Below are positions 41,628-50,630 of a DNA stretch of 64,000 nt, piece after piece. Each line of letters starts with the position of its first letter. The first letter of the stretch is position 1. The translations under genes were made by a program, and so were the position numbers. The stretch lies in NCBI GenBank assembly GCA_963716145.1, contig OY970292.1, positions 597,171-661,170 on the forward strand. The letters run 5' to 3'. Below the pieces are notes generated by a model. It was not told the origin of the DNA, ran no database searches, and saw nothing but the letters and a program-made list of their open reading frames with translations. The DNA comes from Candidatus Levyibacteriota bacterium. GTDB taxonomy: Bacteria > Patescibacteriota > Microgenomatia > Levybacterales > UBA12049.

Positions 41628-41640
41628 ATTTACTTATCTT

Positions 41641-41690
41641 ATCACAATAAAAAAACCGTCTCTGTAAATATCTGATATTTAGATACTTAC
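41641..41690 (-). terminator. Rho-independent terminator / T-box terminator hairpin
   Basis: Minus strand: 'gaccgtccttgtaag...cagagacggttttttt'. The stem is ccgtc/gacgg plus an inner palindrome, followed by a T7 run. It sits just 5' of argH. Confidence 0.55.
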
Positions 41691-41905
41691 AAGGACGGTC
41701 ATTCTTTTACCGTGGTACCACCTTGTTTCTCCGCCAGCTGGCGGACTCATTTATCTTTTACAGTTTTGTCTCTGTAGAGCATTTTTTGCTCTCTGCGTTC
41801 TCCTTCTGAAACCTTGGTGAAAGAGGATCCCGGATCGCGACTTCGGTTTTCATCCCTCATAGCTTTAGCGACGTGGGACAAACGCATTTAATCTTTAATT
41901 GTTAA
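41691..41905 (-). promoter_or_regulatory. T-box-like leader upstream of argH
   Basis: Minus strand contains 'AACAAGGUGGUACCACGGUAAAAG' (T-box core AGGGUGGNACCGCG) immediately 5' of the terminator. There is an 'AGAGAG' element upstream. A possible specifier region 'GAAGGAGAA' contains the Arg codon AGG. Confidence 0.5.
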
Positions 41906-41906
41906 A

Positions 41907-41935
41907 ATTATACCAGTCTGACCACAAAATGTCAA
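41907..41935 (-). promoter_or_regulatory. Consensus sigma-70 promoter driving the argH leader
   Basis: Minus strand TTGACA (41930-41935), 17-nt spacer, TATAAT (41907-41912). Confidence 0.6.
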
Positions 41936-41944
41936 TAAAATTTC

Positions 41945-44900
41945 TTACTCTCCCTTTTTCCGGAGCATGAGGTAGTACATTATCGGAACGAAGAAAAGTT
42001 TTATCGCCCCTGAGAAAATAAGACCAGCAATGATCGCACCTCCCAATCCCCTCCAAAGCGGATCGGTCAATGTAATAGGAATCAAACCAACTATAGTCGC
42101 GAGCGAAGTCAATAATACAGGCTCCAGACGATTGGCAGCCGCGTCAACAATCGCCGCTTTAAGAGGAATTCCGTGACTCCTATTCTCATTAATCTTCTCA
42201 ATCACAACAATCGCGTGAGTCACAACTATTCCAAATAAAGCCAAGAGTCCGATAAGCGCAGGGAACGATAACGGTGTTCCTGTCAATCCGAAAACGTAAA
42301 ACACTCCCGCAATTGAGAGAGGGATAATCATCATCGCGATAAGCGCCTGGCGGAAAGATCCAAACTCCAGAACCATTGTAATAAGAATCAACAGAAAAGA
42401 AATTATCATCGCCTGAAGAATTGACTGCACGGATTTGTTGTTTTCTTCATTAACTCCCCCTGTCTGCCATGAATAACCGCTTGGAAGACTCAAAGTATCC
42501 GCGAACTTCTCAAGCTTGCTATTGGTATCTGAGATTGAATATCCTTTAGCAACTGCCGCTGAAACCGAGATAGTTCTCTTACCTTTTTCCCGGGTAATTA
42601 CAGTCGGATTAGTCTCCAACTTCAAACTGCCGAGTGACAACAGCGGAACTGATGTTTTATTCTTTCCGGGGATTGAGATTGTTCCCAAGTTGCCCGGCGC
42701 CTGCTGAGAATAAGAATTTTGGCGAAGAATTATATCCTGATCATCAGTCTCATTGCCGAGCTTAATAGTATCCAGTGTAAAACCTTGTGTGTATGAACGT
42801 AGCTGCAGGCCGATTGTATCAACCGAGATTTCCTCCTCGCTCAACTTCACCTTATCAGGCTGAAAAACTAGCTTACTAATTCCGGGCTTTATTGATTTCT
42901 GGACGTTGCTGACGCCGGTTTGTTTGCTCAAAAATGCGACAATAGAATCCGCCTCTTTATCCAAAATAGATAGATCTTCTCCGAGCAATTTTATCTGAAC
43001 ATCAGCACCGGCGGGCGGACCGCCTGAAAGCTCCTGGACAAAGAAAGTACCTTTTGTATAATCCTTGTAGGTTTTACGCAATCTCTCGGCTATCTCACTT
43101 GATGAAGTTGAACGCGTCTTATGAGGCGGCAGATGAAGTGTCAGCAATATAGAGCTTTGGTCATTGCTCCGGTCCCCGCTATCTGCCTGAAAAGTTGCCC
43201 CGATTTCGGCAACAACATAATCAACTATCTCAGTCTTGCGGACTTTGTCCATCAGATTTAGGGCTTCCGCGTTTGTCGTCTCAAGATTGGTTCCGGCCGG
43301 CAATTTGACATTGACATAAACTACATCGGCGTCCCCCTTAGGAAAAAATTCATTGCCTATAAAACCAAACCCAAGCAGCATATACGCAACAACCGCGAAA
43401 ACAATAATTGCCAAAAGAGTTTTACGCCTTGCGGATTTAGAATGAATTATATTATCAATTGCACCTCTGTATACATTGCTTAATCTTTCAATATCAATAA
43501 GCCCATGTTCACTAACACGTCCAGCGTGTTTGTGCATATATTTGAAAAATCTTGATTTGGCAGTGCGTCTATCGTATTCTTTTCTAAGTGATGCACGCAC
43601 TCTATAACCTACCAAAAGCAAGACAACAAACAAAACAATCAGAAGCGGTGTAATTTGGCTCTTGGGAACAATTGCGATAAAGAGCCCAAAGATAGCGACT
43701 ATTCCAAGTACCCGGAACATGATTACAACTCTTCTTGGAAAGTTTGGCTTCAGAAACACGATCATCAATGGAATTGTGATAAATACCGCTATTGAAGTAG
43801 ACGAAAGAAGTGTCGCTGTCACAACGATCGGAATTGATTTTATGAATTCCCCTATGATTCCTGTTGACAAAAGAAGCGGCAGAAAAGCCCAGATAGTCGC
43901 GATTGTTGTTGACCAGAGCGGAACTATAAAATCCCTCCAAACCATAAGTCCTGTTTCCATAGGCGTAAAGTGTCCGGTTTTGTAATAACGGGTCATTGCG
44001 GCAACTGTCACGATCGTGTCATCAATCAAAAGTCCAAGCGAAATCAGGAAGGCAAAAGTCGTTAGAAAGTTAAGCGTCAGCCCCATCGCGTTGATAATCG
44101 CAAGCGCAGAAAGCATTGTTAGAGGCACAGTAACAGCAGCAATTACTGCTTGTCTCAGACCCAAAAAGATAAAAAGCAGGACAAAAACAAGAACAACTGT
44201 TGAGACAAACTCCCAAAATAGATCACTGAATTGAGTACTTATTTCATCCGCCGTATTTGTAACAGTCTGAACCTTAAATTGTCCGCTGTACTTTCTAAGA
44301 GTTGAGTCAACCACTGTTCTGGCGTCTTTTTCCGCCGCGTCTATATTTGCATTACTGGTTTTATAGACAAAAAACTGAACTCCCTGTCTTGAGGGTGTTG
44401 TCGTAGATGCAATATATGTATGGGCTTGATTTGCATTGGGGCGAAGCGCTACAGTTGCTATATCGCCCAAGCGCACACTCTGCTCCTCAACAGCAATTCT
44501 TAAGTTTCTTATGTCCTCGATGGATGTAATATCTTTATTAATAGTCAGAACAAATGAAGACCTGCTGGTATTCACACTGCCTGCAGGATATGAACCGGCC
44601 GCTTTTTGCACACTTGAGGCAAGAGAAAAGGGATCAAGCTTATACTCCTGCATCTTTTCCGGATTTATAATTACTTCAATATCCTCTGCATCCTGGCCTG
44701 ATGTTGTCACACGGTCAACCTTTGTAACTCCTTCAATATCTTTTTTTAGCACCTTTGCAAAACGCATTAGGGAAGCATTGTCCGATTTTGAAGTTATGAT
44801 AAAGGTCCAGACCGGCTGATCTTCAAAATCAAGCTTTAACACATTTGGATCTTGGGCATTGTCAGGAAGCTTATTTACCGAATCAACCAGCGATTGAGTG

Positions 44901-45277
44901 TCGGACCGCGCTTTTTCACCATCAACGGTTGAAAGAAATTGCAAAGTAATAGTTGATGAAGATTCATTTGAAACAGAATTTAGGGTATCGAGTCCCTTGA
45001 CACTTTTTAGCTTGTCTTCAAGCGGAATGGTGATCAGTGACTCAACATCCTCCGGAGAGGCACCCGGCAGAATCGTGTTGACTATAACTATCGGTATTTT
45101 AATTTCAGGATTTACTCTTTTGGGAATTGTTAAAAAAGCCGATGCTCCCATAAAAATGATTGATAAAACCAGCAAAATAACCAAGCGGATATTTGAAAGA
45201 TATTTCGCCTGAAGTGAATTTTTAAGTTTGGGATCAAACTTGAGCTTGCTGATGAAGGATACTCTTTTGCTTTCCAT
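41945..45277 (-). CDS. RND-family efflux transporter permease (AcrB-like)
   Basis: 1110 aa, 12 transmembrane helices. N-terminal 'LP..NPEIKIPIVIVNTILPGASPEDVESLITIPLEDKLKSVKGLD' matches the RND signature. Confidence 0.8.
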   Translation of the reverse strand: MESKRVSFISKLKFDPKLKNSLQAKYLSNIRLVILLVLSIIFMGASAFLTIPKRVNPEIKIPIVIVNTILPGASPEDVESLITIPLEDKLKSVKGLDTLNSVSNESSSTITLQFLSTVDGEKARSDTQSLVDSVNKLPDNAQDPNVLKLDFEDQPVWTFIITSKSDNASLMRFAKVLKKDIEGVTKVDRVTTSGQDAEDIEVIINPEKMQEYKLDPFSLASSVQKAAGSYPAGSVNTSRSSFVLTINKDITSIEDIRNLRIAVEEQSVRLGDIATVALRPNANQAHTYIASTTTPSRQGVQFFVYKTSNANIDAAEKDARTVVDSTLRKYSGQFKVQTVTNTADEISTQFSDLFWEFVSTVVLVFVLLFIFLGLRQAVIAAVTVPLTMLSALAIINAMGLTLNFLTTFAFLISLGLLIDDTIVTVAAMTRYYKTGHFTPMETGLMVWRDFIVPLWSTTIATIWAFLPLLLSTGIIGEFIKSIPIVVTATLLSSTSIAVFITIPLMIVFLKPNFPRRVVIMFRVLGIVAIFGLFIAIVPKSQITPLLIVLFVVLLLVGYRVRASLRKEYDRRTAKSRFFKYMHKHAGRVSEHGLIDIERLSNVYRGAIDNIIHSKSARRKTLLAIIVFAVVAYMLLGFGFIGNEFFPKGDADVVYVNVKLPAGTNLETTNAEALNLMDKVRKTEIVDYVVAEIGATFQADSGDRSNDQSSILLTLHLPPHKTRSTSSSEIAERLRKTYKDYTKGTFFVQELSGGPPAGADVQIKLLGEDLSILDKEADSIVAFLSKQTGVSNVQKSIKPGISKLVFQPDKVKLSEEEISVDTIGLQLRSYTQGFTLDTIKLGNETDDQDIILRQNSYSQQAPGNLGTISIPGKNKTSVPLLSLGSLKLETNPTVITREKGKRTISVSAAVAKGYSISDTNSKLEKFADTLSLPSGYSWQTGGVNEENNKSVQSILQAMIISFLLILITMVLEFGSFRQALIAMMIIPLSIAGVFYVFGLTGTPLSFPALIGLLALFGIVVTHAIVVIEKINENRSHGIPLKAAIVDAAANRLEPVLLTSLATIVGLIPITLTDPLWRGLGGAIIAGLIFSGAIKLFFVPIMYYLMLRKKGE

Positions 45278-46725
45278 TAATTTGTTTCAACCTTGTCTCC
45301 TGAAATAACAGTCCTGCTCTCAATTACCTGATCACCGCGTGCTAGACCTGATTTTACCTCAACAAATGAACCATAAACTTGACCCAAGGTAACTTTCCTG
45401 CCCACGGCTTTTCCATTCTTGACAACAAAAACATAGTCCTGCTCGCGGGTTTGATAAACAACGTCAATCGGCAGGAATGGCGCAGCAGAAGCTGTGTCAT
45501 AGTATCCAATCGGCAAATCTATTTGGATATATCCTTTTTCCGAAACTTTGCTATTAAGCTCATCCGGAAGAAGAAAATAAACTCCATAAAGAGTCCCCTG
45601 AATCGCTTCTTGACTGACAAATGTCGGAAAAGCCGAATAAGTTTCTGATCCAATGTGAAGAGTACTTTGCTCAAGCTGGGAAATTTTCTGAGCGATTTCG
45701 CGGGAGACATACGCAACTGCAGTAACAGGATCAGCCGAGGAGTCCCCTGCTATGACCATAAGCGGTGTGCCGGGACTTACTGATTGGCCTTCTTTTACAA
45801 AAACCCGCTGGACAACGCCTGCGAAAGGAGCATCCGGGAACATAAGCGCTTCATTGACTTGTGCAATTTGAAGCTGGATTCTGGAAGCTTCTTTACTAAG
45901 TGCAAGTGTTTTTTCTTGGAGATCCAACTGGCGCAGCATCACATCTTTTTGAATATCTGACAATTGAGCTGGTGGCTTGTCTCCTGATGCCTGGAATTCC
46001 GCATTTCTAAGAGCAGCTTTTGCTCCATTGTTGGCTGAGATAAATTGGGATCTTAATTGTTTTGCGGAAAGAATCATCGCGTCATTTGACGGAGTGGGTG
46101 GATTAGCTTCAAGACTTGCAATATTGGAATCAAGAGTTGAAAGGATATTGTCATTTGCAGAAATAGCATTTTTTGTTTCATCAATTGATTTTGCAGTTAT
46201 ATCGCGTAGCTGATCGGCATTTTCATCCCCCTTATTTGCCAGATCACGCTGCTTCTGAATAAGATCCTTCTGCGCTTGAAAAGTATCAGACGCATTTTGG
46301 TACTCGAACCCTGCCAGCTGACGCTGAAGACTAAAACTATTTCCGCCCTGATAGTTGCTTGACAGACCGATTAATGTTTCGCCTCTTCCGGCTTCTTCTC
46401 CCTCATGCTTATAGATAGTCTGAACAACTCCGCCTGTTAAAGCTGTGATCTGAATAACTTGCGATTTTTCAACTTGTGCCGATACCGCGACCTTAGGCGC
46501 TGTACCGATCTGATAGACTTCAACCTTTTTTGGAGGCAATGTTGCTTTTTTGACTTCAGGCGGTCTTCTGAGGAAGCTACTAATTATTATTAGCAAAACC
46601 AAAATCCCAAGTATTACAAAAAATGCCCGCAGAGGATTTTTATCAACCCAGATAAGTGTTTTCTTTTTTGTGTTACCAAATCTTTTTTTAAGATTTTTAA
46701 AAACCTTATGGGCCCTATCTTTCAT
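45277..46725 (-). CDS. Efflux periplasmic adaptor (membrane-fusion protein, HlyD family)
   Basis: N-terminal transmembrane anchor, long coiled-coil, C-terminal beta-barrel. Start overlaps the stop of the RND gene. Confidence 0.65.
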   Translation of the reverse strand: MKDRAHKVFKNLKKRFGNTKKKTLIWVDKNPLRAFFVILGILVLLIIISSFLRRPPEVKKATLPPKKVEVYQIGTAPKVAVSAQVEKSQVIQITALTGGVVQTIYKHEGEEAGRGETLIGLSSNYQGGNSFSLQRQLAGFEYQNASDTFQAQKDLIQKQRDLANKGDENADQLRDITAKSIDETKNAISANDNILSTLDSNIASLEANPPTPSNDAMILSAKQLRSQFISANNGAKAALRNAEFQASGDKPPAQLSDIQKDVMLRQLDLQEKTLALSKEASRIQLQIAQVNEALMFPDAPFAGVVQRVFVKEGQSVSPGTPLMVIAGDSSADPVTAVAYVSREIAQKISQLEQSTLHIGSETYSAFPTFVSQEAIQGTLYGVYFLLPDELNSKVSEKGYIQIDLPIGYYDTASAAPFLPIDVVYQTREQDYVFVVKNGKAVGRKVTLGQVYGSFVEVKSGLARGDQVIESRTVISGDKVETN

Positions 46726-46869
46726 TGGCAGAGTATATCATATCAACCTAATATAGACAATAATTAAAATTAGAGGCTTAAATAAATATACACAAACCTA
46801 TATATAATATATTTTCCTTGAATAAGCCTATTGCAATTAAATATAAATGCTGTTAGTTTTAATTAAGAT

Positions 46870-47241
46870 ATGAAAATACTTATAATTGATGACGATGAGA
46901 TGCTGATCAACATTTGGTCACTTGTTATTACCAAAGAGGGATATTCAGTAATTACAGCAAGAAGTGGGCGAGACGGAATAGATATGGCGAAAAAAAACCA
47001 GCCTGACTTTATTTTACTGGATCAGATTATGTCCGATATGAAAGGCAATGATGTGCTCGACGCCCTTAAGCAGGACCCCGCAACAAGCAAAATTCCCGTT
47101 GCTATTGCTTCAAATTACAGTGAAAATGAGCTTATTCAGACAGCTATACAAAAAGGCGCTGTTGACTATATCTTAAAATACCAAATTGATCCGCAAGATC
47201 TTATAAGTAAGATAAAAAACCTAATTCAGGAAGTAAAATGA
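46870..47241 (+). CDS. Stand-alone response-regulator receiver domain (CheY-like)
   Basis: 'ILIIDDDE...LLDQIM..MKGNDV...' with the phospho-acceptor Asp. 123 aa, no output domain. Confidence 0.75.
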   Translation: MKILIIDDDEMLINIWSLVITKEGYSVITARSGRDGIDMAKKNQPDFILLDQIMSDMKGNDVLDALKQDPATSKIPVAIASNYSENELIQTAIQKGAVDYILKYQIDPQDLISKIKNLIQEVK

Positions 47242-48971
47242 CTCTTCTCGCTCTTATAACTTCCGGCTTTGTACTGTCAATTGGAATTTTGGCGTTCATC
47301 CTTTCCGAGCAAATAAAAAAAACTTTCAAGTATAAATCCCAAAGCCTAGCAAAAGAAAAAAACAATCTGTATCTCGTAAACACGCTTAAAGAAATCCAAA
47401 GCAATACTGAATACGAAAAAGATTTGGAAAACGTAATAAATGCAATCAGCAAAAATATTGAGAGTAATTATCCTTACTCAGCACTCTCTTCAATTTTTAT
47501 AAATGACAACAAGTTAATTTTTAAATCTAAAGTCCAGGAAGCCTTAAGCCGCGGCTTTATTGATCACGTGAGAGACACCATGATCCAATCCCTCAATATT
47601 GGTGGTGAAAACAAACCCCACACAACAACCGAAGAAAGTATAACCGGTGTGCCACTTGATGATCAAATTAATTCCAACCTGATGTCTACTTTTAATATTC
47701 CAATTAACATTGGAAGCGAAACGCGAGCTATAATTAACCTCTCTTCCACTATAAATGGTATTTATAAAAATGAGGAAGATATGAAAGCTCTGTCAACTGC
47801 AGCTGATCTCGCCTCTGGCTTCTTAACGCGCATTCACATACGCGTATCTCATGAAAAAGGCAAATCACTTTCCATGATTAATAGTTTTTCTGAGGGTATA
47901 TTTGTGATTGATAGACAAAATGAACTAACTGCTATTAACAGCAGTGCGCAAAATTTCCTGAATATTCATAAAGAAAAACCGACAATTAGTGACATACTGG
48001 TTTCCCTCCCCAATACCTATAATTTCAAAGATAAAATTGACCAGGCAATTGCGCAAAATAAGCAAATAATTGAGACTGATCTCCCTCTTGGGGCAAAAAG
48101 TTTTAAAATCATCATTACTCCTGTTCTGGAAATGGGCAGTCTGGAAAAAGCAAAAAGCCTGCCTCGCCAAAGCGAAGCCTCGGCGGGTGTAATTGGTGTC
48201 TCGGTTCTTCTTCATGAAACTACAATTGAAAAGTCCCTCTCTCAAGTGAAAGAAGACTTTACCAACATTATGGTTCATGAACTACGCTCTCCCTTAACAG
48301 CTATCAAAGCAAGCAGTGAATTTCTGCTGTCTCAAGCCGAACTAACAGATATAGAAAAAAAAGAATTGACCCATATGATAAGCGAATCATCCAAAAAAAT
48401 GCTTGATGAAATTTCACTCATTCTGGATTCCGCCAAGATGGATGCGGGCCTCTTTAGCATCAGAAAAACTAAATCTGATCTGAAAAAATTGATTGCGGAC
48501 AGAATTGCTGTGTTTGAGCCTCTTGCTGCGGAAAAAACAATTAAATTATCTGTTGATATTGATCCGGCTCTTAGTACCTTCTCATTTGATCCTATCCGGA
48601 TTGATGAGGTCGTCAATAATCTTCTATCCAACAGCTTGAAATTCACACCAACAAACGGAACAATAAGTGTTAAGGCTCATACCGACGCGGGTAAAGTAAG
48701 CGTCAGCATTTCTGATACAGGAGAAGGCGTTGCCAAAGATAAGCAGCATCTGCTTTTTGCCAAATTCCAGCAAGCTCCAACAGATGGTGAGCATGTCGGA
48801 ACAGGTCTGGGGCTTTATGTTGTAAAAGGAGTTATTGAAGCCCACAGCGGTACGGTTGATCTTAAATCTGAGCCTGGTCATGGAACGACAATCACGTTCA
48901 CCCTACCGCTTTCGGATACTCAGCATGGATATACCCCGCTTATCAAACCCGCTAATCCCATGGCAAACTAA
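47238..48971 (+). CDS. Sensor histidine kinase
   Basis: N-terminal transmembrane helix, H-box 'HELRSPLTAI', G-boxes 'ISDTGEGV' and 'GTGLGLYVVKGVIEAHSGT'. Confidence 0.8.
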   Translation: MTLLALITSGFVLSIGILAFILSEQIKKTFKYKSQSLAKEKNNLYLVNTLKEIQSNTEYEKDLENVINAISKNIESNYPYSALSSIFINDNKLIFKSKVQEALSRGFIDHVRDTMIQSLNIGGENKPHTTTEESITGVPLDDQINSNLMSTFNIPINIGSETRAIINLSSTINGIYKNEEDMKALSTAADLASGFLTRIHIRVSHEKGKSLSMINSFSEGIFVIDRQNELTAINSSAQNFLNIHKEKPTISDILVSLPNTYNFKDKIDQAIAQNKQIIETDLPLGAKSFKIIITPVLEMGSLEKAKSLPRQSEASAGVIGVSVLLHETTIEKSLSQVKEDFTNIMVHELRSPLTAIKASSEFLLSQAELTDIEKKELTHMISESSKKMLDEISLILDSAKMDAGLFSIRKTKSDLKKLIADRIAVFEPLAAEKTIKLSVDIDPALSTFSFDPIRIDEVVNNLLSNSLKFTPTNGTISVKAHTDAGKVSVSISDTGEGVAKDKQHLLFAKFQQAPTDGEHVGTGLGLYVVKGVIEAHSGTVDLKSEPGHGTTITFTLPLSDTQHGYTPLIKPANPMAN

Positions 48972-48988
48972 CTGTCCCTCCAGAGACT

Positions 48989-49016
48989 TGACAAACCCCC
49001 TATAGTGTGATATAGT
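48989..49016 (+). promoter_or_regulatory. Consensus promoter (TTGACA-17-TATAGT) abutting an ATG, possibly leaderless
   Basis: 'TTGACAaaccccctatagtgtgaTATAGTatg'. The same 'TGaTATAGTATG' arrangement recurs at 58392..58411. Confidence 0.4.
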
Positions 49017-49262
49017 ATGCGTCTTATGCTAGACAGACTAATAGCACGCAGGAATCCTGAAGCACTGCATTTCAAAAGACTTGATCAGGCTCGTTTAATG
49101 GAACAGCTTTCTGAAACACCGCCTAGGGAAAGACTTGCTGTAGCTGCAAGGAGACAATTAAAGGCAACGTGGAATAATATAGTTGCTGGAGCGAAGTATC
49201 ATTTACCAAGTTCTGCGCCCGAATATAAACTAAATCAAGAAGATGCGCGACGCCGTGCTTGA
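49017..49262 (+). CDS. Small hypothetical protein (81 aa; GC-rich)
   Basis: ORF only. A leaderless start at 49026 is possible. Confidence 0.25.
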   Translation: MRLMLDRLIARRNPEALHFKRLDQARLMEQLSETPPRERLAVAARRQLKATWNNIVAGAKYHLPSSAPEYKLNQEDARRRA

Positions 49263-49556
49263 ATTATTTTTAAAACTTCAACCCCCTTTTCTACGACCTT
49301 AAAGCTTCTTTATTGCATTACTTAAAAACATCTCACTAACTTCTGACAAAAGTTTATAAGACGCACCAACTACTCCACTCCTTAACTTATTAATGTAAAT
49401 CCTATGTCGTCATCGAGTCCGCTTCGACCGCGAAGCGAGGCGAGCCTGATAAAAAGGGCAAAAGAATCATAATCCGCAAACGGCAAGAAAATGATTGGTA
49501 AAACTCCCTACTCTCCGCTAAAACGACATAAATAGTATTTCTGATATACTCCTATT

Positions 49557-50139
49557 ATGCTGGATTTTAAACCCATTTTAGCTATTTTCACAGTAATATT
49601 AACTTTTGTTGGCTATGTTCCTTACATCCGGGATATACTTAAAGGCAAAACCAAACCTCATGTATACAGTTGGTTCGTTTGGACCTTGACCTCAGCCATT
49701 ACTTACGGTTTGCAGATTGAGGGGGGGGCAGGAGTAGGCTGCCTGGGTTACATTGGCAATTGTAATTGGTTTATCTTTTATATTTTTGCTGAGTTTGCGA
49801 AGCGGCAAAAAAGATATAACACTGCCGGACACGATATTTTTAATCCTTGCATTTGCTGCTATCTACTTATGGCTGGTAGCCAAGCAGCCTGTCTTGTCAA
49901 TAATTCTTGTTACGACAATTGACATGCTGGCTTTTGCTCCGACCATCAGAAAGTCCTGGAATAAACCCCACTCCGAAACACTCTTTCTATATAAATTAAG
50001 CACTTTCCGCCATGCGTTAAGCATCTTTGCCCTACAGCAATATAGCATCGTTACATGGCTTTACCCCGCCAGCTGGGCTGTAGCAAACCTAATATTTAGT
50101 ATTTTGCTGATAATAAGACGGAGGAATATACTAAAATAA
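49557..50139 (+). pseudogene. Membrane protein in two overlapping frames (ORFs 49557..49922 and 49753..50139) with a G8 tract at 49721..49728
   Basis: The first ORF has two transmembrane helices, then turns Cys-rich and low-complexity after the G8 run. The second frame from TTG 49753 encodes ~3 further transmembrane helices. This suggests an indel or a pair of indels. Confidence 0.4.
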
Positions 50140-50177
50140 TATTGAATTGGCGATCAAAGCCTCAATGTATATTGAAT

Positions 50178-50582
50178 CTAAATTTGGTTATCGTCCATTT
50201 CCGTTCGGGGGAGCTTTGGGGGGAACTCATATGCTACAAACTCTGTTTGATCTGGATCTCCTTGACTTCCAGCGTGAGGACTCCTGGTAAATTTTCCTAC
50301 ATACCCTCTCGTAGTACGTCCTTCCTCCAAGGACTCATAAACATACTTTTGCGCTGTTCCCCGAACAAAAACTGTAGTCGCCACTACTCCATTAGGTCTT
50401 ATTTCGCGTACTGCACCACTCATACTAAGACCTTGGCGCCTCACTGCATCAAACAGTCCTCCTGTTTGCTGACTTGGGTTAAGAGTCTCGACCGGTGGAG
50501 TATCAATCTTACTATCGCCGATTACGGCTTTAGGACTTTCCCATCCATCCGTATGTCTTTCATAATCGATTAATAGTGACAT
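50178..50582 (-). CDS. Hypothetical protein (134 aa; GC-richer)
   Basis: ORF only. Confidence 0.3.
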   Translation of the reverse strand: MSLLIDYERHTDGWESPKAVIGDSKIDTPPVETLNPSQQTGGLFDAVRRQGLSMSGAVREIRPNGVVATTVFVRGTAQKYVYESLEEGRTTRGYVGKFTRSPHAGSQGDPDQTEFVAYEFPPKLPRTEMDDNQI

Positions 50583-50630
50583 ATTAATTTCTGACTGTAA
50601 TTAAGATATACACCTGTTTGTGAAAAGTTG

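Noticed and set aside
41691-41940. An independent small RNA gene (SRP RNA or 6S) between argH and the RND gene
   Set aside because: The 'GGUGGUACC' box placed right before a terminator, together with the upstream consensus promoter, fits a T-box leader much better. No SRP domain-IV motif was seen.
50142-50573. Plus-strand 143-aa ORF overlapping the minus-strand 134-aa ORF
   Set aside because: The two overlap almost fully. The plus-strand product is Cys/Leu/Ser-rich junk, and the minus-strand frame reads more protein-like, so only that one was kept (at low confidence).
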